From the NCBI RefSeq assembly GCF_022045235.1, contig NW_027266267.1, positions 32,736,001 through 32,800,000 on the forward strand: 64,000 nt of DNA, in the 5' to 3' direction. Source of the stretch: Haliotis cracherodii (Eukaryota). Below the pieces are notes generated by a model. The model saw only the letters and a program-made list of their open reading frames with translations. It searched no databases and was not told the origin of the DNA. The position numbers were made by a program, and so were the translations under genes. Shown here in pieces: positions 55,001-64,000 of the stretch. The first letter of the stretch is position 1; every line of letters starts with the position of its first letter.

Positions 55001-56241
55001 GATATATGGGGCATACAAGTAGTGACCACATGTGTATATTTTTCGGATCCTGATGCTTAGTTTATCGGATTGTTTTATGATATACATAACGCACCCATTA
55101 TACGATAAAAGCTACAGTATTTTTAGATTCAAGTAAATCTTTTCATAACACGGATGCCCTTGACAACCTTATAAGAAGCGTGTGTAAGAAAAAAGGCGTT
55201 TTGTTTGCGACATGTTCATCAGATGAAACGACCCCAACTACTGGTACACAACAGGTACCCGATATGTTGTTCAGTAAACAGAGTATAAAAGTTCTCTAAA
55301 GATCGTAGTTCATACAACGGATTGATTTATTGATCTACAGTTCATACAAGTAGTCCGTAATTCTAAATGTGTGAGACAGAAACTATATTTCCTTGTAAAT
55401 AAATTGAAACTCATTTGGGGTTTATAAATCCTATCTGGTAATTACCTGTTGTTTTGTATACCAAAAGTAATTCATCATCACTGTGAGTGCAAGATTACCA
55501 CGCGAATGTAGGTGTCAAGGTAATTTCCATCAAAAGTAGCATTAGGAAAAGGACATTCGAGGATTGATTGATAAGTTTTGAGTCTCACATTACATGATGT
55601 CATGGAGGTATTTTAAAACATAATTGAGTGATTTTAGCAAATTGTTTCGCTGTGACAAGTCAGTAAAATAAACAGAGAGGGTATGCCCCTTCCTTACCAC
55701 CATAAAGAGAGCAGCAGAATTCGAGTTTATAGCAGGGATAACTTTGAAGGGAGAGCCCCCGTCCTGGAAGTGCTGACATGTCAGCAGCACCAGAAATGAT
55801 CCAGAGAATCCACGATGTGAAGATGACCGACTGGCAAATGGCTAAACGTCATATTTGCAACTTCGGTTGGTTATTTCCAAGGAGTACATTCCATTTTCAC
55901 AGACACTTTGGCACTGAAGAATACATCGTTGGGTTCCGAAGCTTCTGACATCTGATCACACACGTAACAGGCACAAGTCTCATGCTAATCACGATCTGTT
56001 TGAAGCTGTTCCTAAAAAGGTTCTTGGAACGATTTGTGACTATGGAGATGAGGTGAGGTGAAATTGGGTTTAACGTCGCGTACCAGATTATTGAATTTAT
56101 ATAGCGACGTGCATGCACGAGCGCCAGATAGGGTAACAACAAGTACCATATTTTTACGTCTATTCGTGGCCGGGGATCGAACCCTGGACAACGGACGCTC
56201 TACCACTAGACCACGGAGGCTGTGTGAGACTGGGTTCACCA

Positions 56242-57539
56242 CTTCCCTCCTGAGTCCAAACAACAGTCTTCAAGTACTTGTTCACTGTATGATCCTCAAG
56301 TTTCCCTCCTGAGTCCAAACAACAGTCTTCAAGTACTTGTTCACTGCATGATCCTCAAGTTTCCCTCCAAAGTCCAAACAACAGTCTTCAAGTACTTGTT
56401 CACTGCATGATCCTCAAGTTTCCCTCCTGAGTCCAAACAACAGTCTTCAAGTACTTGTTCACTGCATGATCCTCAAGTTTCCCTCCTAAGTCCAAACAAC
56501 AGTCTTCAAGTACTTGTTCAATGTATGATCCTCAAGTTTCCCTCCTGAGTCCAAACAACAGTCTTCAAGTACTTGTTCACTGCATGATCCTCAAGTTTCC
56601 CTCCTAAGTCCAAACAACAGTCTTCAAGTACTTGTTCACTGCATGATCCTCAAGTTTCCCTCCTGAGTCCAAACAACAGTCTTCAAGTACTTGTTCACTG
56701 CATGATCCTCAAGTTTCCCTCCTAAGTCCAAACAACAGTCTTCAAGTACTTGTTCACTGCATGATCCTCAAGTTTCCCTCCTGAGTCCAAACAACAGTCT
56801 TCAAGTACTTGTTCACTGCATGATCCTCAAGTTTCCCTCCTGAGTCCAAACAACAGTCTTCAAGTACTTGTTCACTGCATGATCCTCAAGTTTCCCTCCT
56901 AAGTCCAAACAACAGTCTTCAAGTACTTGTTCACTGCATGATCCTCAAGTTTCCCTCCTGAGTCCAAACAACAGTCTTCAAGTACTTGTTCACTGCATGA
57001 TCCTCAAGTTTCCCTCCTGAGTCCAAACAACAGTCTTCAAGTACTTGTTCACTGCATGATCCTCAAGTTTCCCTCCTGAGTCCAAACAACAGTCTTCAAG
57101 TACTTGTTCACTGCATGATCCTCAAGTTTCCCTCCTAAGTCCAAACAACAGTCTTCAAGTACTTGTTCACTGCATGATCCTCAAGTTTCCCTCCTGAGTC
57201 CAAACAACAGTCTTCAAGTACTTGTTCACTGCATGATCCTCAAGTTTCCCTCCTAAGTCCAAACAACAGTCTTCAAGTACTTGTTCACTGCATGATCCTC
57301 AAGTTTCCCTCCTGAGTCCAAACAACAGTCTTCAAGTACTTGTTCACTGCATGATCCTCAAGTTTCCCTCCTAAGTCCAAACAACAGTCTTCAAGTACTT
57401 GTTCACTGCATGATCCTCAAGTTTCCCTCCTGAGTCCAAACAACAGTCTTCAAGTACTTGTTCACTGCATGATCCTCAAGTTTCCCTCCTGAGTCCAAAC
57501 AACAGTCTTCAAGTACTTGTTCACTGCATGATCCTCAAG
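56242..57539. repeat. Tandem array of 22 x 59-bp near-identical units
   Basis: Unit TTTCCCTCCT(G/A)AGTCCAAACAACAGTCTTCAAGTACTTGTTCACTGCATGATCCTCAAG; no spacers. Confidence 0.95.
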
Positions 57540-58564
57540 TTTGTCCGTTTTCCAAAAGTCACATGTCCCTGCTTATTGTCACAGTGAAACAATGTGCTCA
57601 ACTGACTCATGTTTGTGGTGATATATCTCTTTGAAATCCTGCAATGTCCACCAGAAAAGATTCACTATTCCGCAGTTCCTTCTAAAAGAGGCTCACACTT
57701 TATCAGTCAGTATGAAGTAATAATAGCAATGGTCAATATACAACAGCATAACGACATGTAAATATAAGTTACTATTTATTATATTACGTTAATTACAACA
57801 TATTTTCTACGTCATATAAAACACAAATGTACAATATTTATATTTATGATATAGGTATGTCTCAGCAGGATAAAGCCAACGAAAAAAAAGATATTCATAT
57901 GCGGCGCACTTGTCGTTCGGCGATAGTGTCAGAACTAAACATCGGGAATTTGGAGAAACTACTGTGCTAATTCCTATCATTATAAAAAAAATAATCTAAT
58001 ATACTTAAAAAACAATGTCTAGCTGTGGCGTACGTAGCCAAGACATTTTACAAGTCTTGGTAACTTTGGAGATATCAATTGCGAAACAACTTAGCGAGGA
58101 CACTTCGTAACGTTAGACAGACAGACAGACTATAAACAAACGTAGACTTGGGTTAGATGCTTATTTCTAATGCGGGATATTTACCNNNNNNNNNNNNNNN
58201 NNNNNNNNNNNNNNNNNNNNNNNNNNNNNNNNNNNNNNNNNNNNNNNNNNNNNNNNNNNNNNNNNNNNNNNNNNNNNNNNNNNNNNNNNNNNNNNNNNNN
58301 NNNNNNNNNNNNNNATCCCATTATACATCACCTACAGTAGTAGCACCTGTTCTACGGTGGTGCCGTTCCAATAGTTCAATACACGCTTACAGTAGGCGTA
58401 GCGCGAGGTTTTAGGAAGTGAGTCCTCGTTTTCAGCATGAAAGTGATTCTCAGCATCGCACTGTCGTAATAACATTAAAACATCCAGTTTTGACTCAGTG
58501 CACCTCCTTGGGGCGTTGGAGTTGCTTCACCTTCGACATGTTCTTGTTTTCCAGTCCCTGGAAT

Positions 58565-61500
58565 TCACACTGACTCGCCAACACTATTAGGATCTTGCAA
58601 AGATAAGTCACTATTTCCGGTGTTGCCAGTACCACCACATTCATTGTCATCGTTGCCAGTACCACCATAATCATTGTCATCGTTGCCAGTACCACCATAT
58701 TCATTGTCATCGTTGCCAGTACCACCATATTCATTGTCATCGTTGCCAGTACCACCACATTCATTGTCATCGTTGCCAGTACCACCATATTCATTGTCAT
58801 CGTTGCCAGTACCACCACATTCATTGTCATCGTTGCCAGTACCACCATATTCATTGGCATCGTTGCCAGTACCACCACATTCATTGTCATCGTCGGAATC
58901 CCCAAACTCATCAAACGCTTGTAGAACAGACTGCTCGTTTTGTTGGTCACTCTGTTTTTCGGACTCGTCCACTCTTTCCGAAATAGATTTATCAGATACA
59001 TCGTTATCACCTTCATCGGGGCTCTTATCACTCCCTTTGTCAGATGTCCCCTCGAAAGATACTTCATTTTCTGGGAGAACATTTCCCCTAGAATCAGATT
59101 CCCCTGTATAAATCTGTTCCTTTGTCTTATCCTCGGTAGGCTCTGCAATTTCGTTGAACATACTTCCATCTGCCGTTGTTTCATCTGACCCAATGTCCTC
59201 AAGACCCCTTTGTGTGTTTGCTTTTACATCTTTAGACTTTCCAGTATGATCGGGAACTGTTTCATCCAGTTCTATCGCTGAAGTTGCCTCCGTTGTGCCA
59301 AGATCACCAGACTCCTCCCTTCCGTACCAAACACGTCCATTCCTTTCCTTATTTTCATAATCAGGTGACCGTGGCAGTACCCCATTTGGATGCCTCATTT
59401 CAGGGGAGGGAGGACGTTTTTCATAGGCTTTGCGAGCCTCCTCAACCGCATATCTCTGACTTCTTTTTCCACGCTTAACACAGATGATGATGATGATAAT
59501 GATAATGGCGATAAGGAGAACCACTCCAATAACTATAATAACAATTTTCAAATACAATGGTAGAGGATCCTCTGTTACTGTTTCTCTGGGCCTGGCCGTC
59601 GTGATGGGGGAAGATGCTCCTGGAAGCAAACACAGACTAATTAATACAATGGTGAGTTTATAATAATTTCCTTTCCGCAATATACTTATTCAGAAATCTA
59701 GGCGACCCTCCCCATGTAACGTTATTGAATCTATATAGATAAACTTTTATAAAATAAAACTCGTTAGATGACAGTGGCCCTATGACATGGGCAACAATTG
59801 TATAAACTATTCTTTTGCAGTTGGTTGATAATTGCTAATTAATCAACCAACAGGAGATATCGCTTGGGTCATTTCAAGCGATTTCTAGTAGGCCATGTCG
59901 CTAAAATGAAATTAATAACAATGCTTTGCAGGCAATGGTGACGTCATCGGTTACCATGACGTCACACCCCAATGACATCATTAATAACTCTACCACTAAA
60001 GCTGGTTAGCAGTAATTTTTGATTCAAGGACTGCATGTGACAGTTTTCAAAATGAAAACGTTTGAAGAATGATGTAGGATGATAAATAGAATCTCCCCTT
60101 CATGGCTATTCCTCATTCAGACTTGTAACATGTGTTCCCGTGTTATTCAGGTGAACAATTTGCTTGCCTTTGCATGTGTTTGTAACGGGTGCCACCGGTT
60201 GGGCAGGATACGCCGGTGTCATCACTATTTGACAGGTGATTCATAAACATTTGTTTATGCTATAATCGGAATCGTACAATCGACTGACTCTGTTTTGGGC
60301 AGAGATTTCTTATGAATAGCGTCAGGGTTTTTATCTTAATCTCAAATATATCCGCACTCGACATTCGGGTTACATCAACTTGTCTGATAAGGTCGTCCTC
60401 TATACATGATTCAAGGTGTTACTATTATAAGCACTTTAAAACAACCTTAAATGTAGAACATATTTATGAACTGACATCCCTTGACACTTGAAAGTACTTC
60501 TTCGATTTTGATACAGTAAATACATAGATATTGAAAGTGGTAGTAACGACAAGATAGAGTGTGACCAGCGCCTGTGTGTACATCGTGAGTCTGAAGGCCT
60601 GAAGTGTGGAAAACGAAATGCATGTTTTAACTGGTTTGTTATGAATAGCCTGACATTAGGACGAAGTATATCTGTAAGCTAGTCAAAAGCCGTATACTTT
60701 TCTTACAATTGGGAGGAGGCCATAACGTCGTTCTGGACTGATATGACGTTGCCCTGGAATTTCATTGACGTCATGACACAATAAATGTCGTCACATGCTT
60801 CCGTTATAACTCGCCTGGTTAGCAGGATGTGAAAAATACTTTACAAAAAGTAAATCAAAGTTGTTTTCATAAACATTGATGTAACTTAATATCTAATTAA
60901 CGTTTTACCCCTTTCCCCAGGTCCAACTCACCCTTTTTTCAAAATTCGGATCATAAAGAAGAACATGTTTCAACCGATCAGATTACAGCAAAGACACCTA
61001 TTCTTTTCACAATTACATTTGAGGTCAACATTAAGTGTTTAGTTCACATTATCACACAATAATTTATGAACTGCCCATAAAATTTTAGAGTTTTAGTTAA
61101 CTTAATTGATATTTAAAGTTTTGCTAAATGGGAAAATGAGGACAGATCTAGATGTGTGTATACAAGCCAGCTCCCGAGGAGATCGCCTGCATATGCCATT
61201 GACTCTGAAGCCAATAAACGCATAGTGCGTAAGGCCTTTCATTGGTCGCAAACCCAATTATTTAACATTATTTAACACAATATTGTAGTGAGTGGAAGGC
61301 ACACTGTGAAGGGTGGAATTGCCTGCATGTTTCCTGCTGCCGTAACCCATGCATAGTTATGTTAACATAGGCCACTACTACACCGACACTCAAGGGAATC
61401 CGCTACATCATCTGTATAGTCATATTAAAAGATTTGTGTAAGAAAAGATAAAACCCCAGCCACACACCACATGGTCACCTCTCTACAGATTGTCAAATGG

Positions 61501-63636
61501 TTGGTGCCTAAGATAGTAACATAGACAAAGTCTCACCGCCTGTCTTCATACAACACACGCTTGAAGCCTCCGTCGACCCGTTATTAGCATCCCTGATCTT
61601 CCATACACCAATATCCCTCATTTTCACAGATTTTATAGTTAGTGTAGAGTGAGTATCATTCTTGGTGGCACTGTATCCAGACACGGCACTGCAGTTGGGG
61701 TTGCATGTGACAACATATCTGTCTTCAGTTGGACGCACCCAGATAAACCCTTCATAGCTGCCCTTGTGACCAGTTATACTGTATTCTGCGCTCAGGGTAG
61801 CGTCCCCACCAGGGCAGAGGGTCTGGCCAGTACATACATCTGTGTAGAAAACAATCAGGTTGAACATGTTACAATCATATGGTGAAACAAGCGTGCAAAT
61901 GGAAAGGTGAGCTTCCAGAAATTTGTTGGTGCCTGTTTTGCTGACATATTTCTAATAATCGTTGTTTAAACGTCTTTCCGGTGTCTTGTGAGATCCATAC
62001 AAAGGTAAATCCAGAATTAAATAACATGCTTCTAACACAAGACACCCAACTCGTTTTCCCTTCATCATCTAATTGCTTAAGTATTTTGTAACATTGAAAT
62101 GGTGCCTGTGTCATTCCATTATTATACTATTATATTATTATATTATTATTCCATCTATACCCAATATTTAACAACACGCAGCTGGCTATGAACATATATA
62201 CTACTGCCGCCTTATTTGAAGCAGATTTATCATTGTACAAAAGTCGCTCAAAATACAAAGAATGGACATTTTCAATGGATTAAAATGATATAACATGCAC
62301 ATTATGCTGCCTATGTATATATGCCACTACTACATTAACAGTAAAGCTAAACAGCCTGCGTTGTTGACAAAACTGTTCATGAATGAGGTAAGACAGTAAA
62401 CTAGAAAGACGTACTTCTGGAAATGCTTACGACTGTTAGGAGTAAGATAAAACACGAGCCGATTCTTACTTATCACTTCAATGCTTGTGAACAAAACTCT
62501 GAATGCAGACTCTTTAAAAAAGATATGTTTTGTTGACGTACCATTCTCTGTGGAGTTGTCTGTTGGTGTTGACGACGTTGTTGTCGAATCGCTGTTGTCT
62601 GAAACGTATAAAAATCGTAAACATATAAAAAAAACCCATTTAATTATAATAATTAAGATGGCGTGCTGTGATTATATAAGAAATATCTGGTTGGCCCATT
62701 GTTAAATTCTTACATTTATTATTGATATTTGACCTTGGGTCAAGGAAACCGTTTTGCGGATGAAGAGCCAAAGACATTTGTATAAGATTGTGTTCCCTTC
62801 AGCACTCGCTCTGTGAAAACATCAGCATCACTCCGTGTTACAATGTGGAGAATATAGTGGTCTTTAAGTTTCCAGCGGTTCGGTTGAATTTTTTTATAAT
62901 CTTAAATTTTTAGAGGGGGTTTATATTAGAGACGACTATATTATCGGTCTTTAAAAAAGGATGAACCGAACAGTTTTTTTAAAAAAAACATTCAGCTTGC
63001 CAAGCGAACAATGTATTTGGGTAAAACATATTTTCTGGAACACATGATTTAAAAGAAATATCTTTAACACCCACCCATCCGCAACATACATACACACACA
63101 CACCAGACACCCAACTCGTTTTCCCTTCATCATCTCATTGCTTAAGCATTTTGTAACATTGAAATGGTGCATGTGTCATTTCATTATTAATATCTATACC
63201 CAATATTTAACAACACGCAGCTGGCTATGAACAAATATACTACTGCCGCCTTATTGAAGCAGATTTACCATTGTACAAAAGTCGCTCAAAATACAAAGAA
63301 TGGACATTTTCAATGGATTAAAATGATATAACATGCACATTATGCTGCCTATGTATATATGCCACTACTACATTAACAGTAAAGCTAAACAGCCTGCGTT
63401 GTTGACAAAACTGTTCATGAATGAGGTAAGACAGTAAACTAGAAAGACGTACTTCTGGAAATGCTTACGACTGTTAGGAGTAAGATAAAACACGAGCCGA
63501 TTCTTACTTATCACTTCAATGCTTGTGAACAAAACTCTGAATGCAGACTCTTTAAAAAAGATATGTTTTGTTGACGTACCATTCTCTGTGGAGTTGTCTG
63601 TTGGTGTTGACGACGTTGTTGTCGAATCGCTGTTGT
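58565..63636 (-). CDS. Type-I transmembrane protein (5'-partial): S/T-rich exons, Ig-like domain, TM helix, long acidic cytoplasmic tail
   Basis: Exons 63580-63636 and 62542-62598 (DNSDSTTTSSTPTDNSTEN, phase 1-1); 61537-61839 (Ig-like: ATLSAEY..FIW..STLTIKSV...DIGVW, phase 1-1); 58565-59619 (TM IVIIVIGVVLLIAIIIIIIIIC, KRGKR stop-transfer, ~300-aa tail). GT-AG signals are compatible. Confidence 0.75.
58620..58892 (-). repeat. Coding 30-bp tandem repeat, 9 x (NDDNE[Y/C]GGTG)
   Basis: In-frame within ORF 58565-59680. Confidence 0.95.
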
Positions 63637-64000
63637 CTGAAACGTATAAAAATCGTAAACATATAAAAAAAACCCATTTAATTATAATAATTAAGATGGC
63701 GTGCTGTGATTATATAAGAAATATCTGGTTGGCCCATTGTTAAATTCTTACATTTATTATTGATATTTGACCTTGGGTCAAGGAAACCGTTTTGCGGATG
63801 AAGAGCCAAAGACATTTGTATAAGATTGTGTTCCCTTCAGCACTCGCTCTGTGAAAACATCAGCATCACTCCGTGTTACAATGTGGAGAATATAGTGGTC
63901 TTTAAGTTTCCAGCGGTTCGGTTGAATTTTTTTATAATCTTAAATTTTTAGAGGGGGTTTCTATTAGAGACGACTATATTATCGGTCTTTAAAAAAGGAT
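62040..64000. repeat. ~1.05-kb tandem segmental duplication (62040-63104 and 63105 to window end) carrying a 57-nt exon and a LINE fragment
   Basis: Near-identical sequence at an offset of 1038-1065 bp; identical 74-aa ORFs at 62481 and 63519. Confidence 0.9.

Noticed and set aside
56242-57539. CRISPR-like array
   Set aside because: Units are contiguous with no unique spacers, there are no cas genes, and the context is eukaryotic.
59620-59680. N-terminus of ORF 58565-59680 as a signal peptide
   Set aside because: It starts at a non-ATG codon and corresponds to the polypyrimidine tract/acceptor (ttccag) of the exon starting at 59619.
60470-60600. Hydrophobic mini-ORF MYTQALVTLYLVV... on the minus strand
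   Set aside because: No phase-compatible donor or homology evidence; probably intronic noise.

Overview
Eukaryotic (animal) genomic DNA with three assembly gaps (~1099-1234, ~45108-45251, ~58186-58314). The SINE families suggest a mollusc, probably a gastropod such as abalone; this is an inference. Four protein-coding genes were reconstructed by hand from splice signals. (1) A 9-exon sorbitol dehydrogenase-like MDR gene (minus, 8460-23204, 351 aa) has its first exon tandemly triplicated and divergent active-site loops. (2) A GPI-anchored Ly6/uPAR three-finger protein with 3 coding exons (minus, 27415-35284). (3) A GT32 alpha-1,4-glycosyltransferase with a single coding exon (plus, 46491-47423). 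(4) The 3' part of a type-I membrane protein with duplicated mucin-like exons, an atypical Ig-like domain and an acidic cytoplasmic tail of GGTGNDDNE[Y/C] repeats (minus, 58565 to beyond 63636). The rest is decayed LINEs, a Tc1 relic, several MITEs with clear TIRs/TSDs, mini/microsatellites, a Penelope-type minimal hammerhead ribozyme and four SINE-like families with related 3' tails. One of these families has no tRNA head; it has a fixed 5' end that can fold into a compact pseudoknot. Most ORFs in the supplied track are repeat-derived artefacts.
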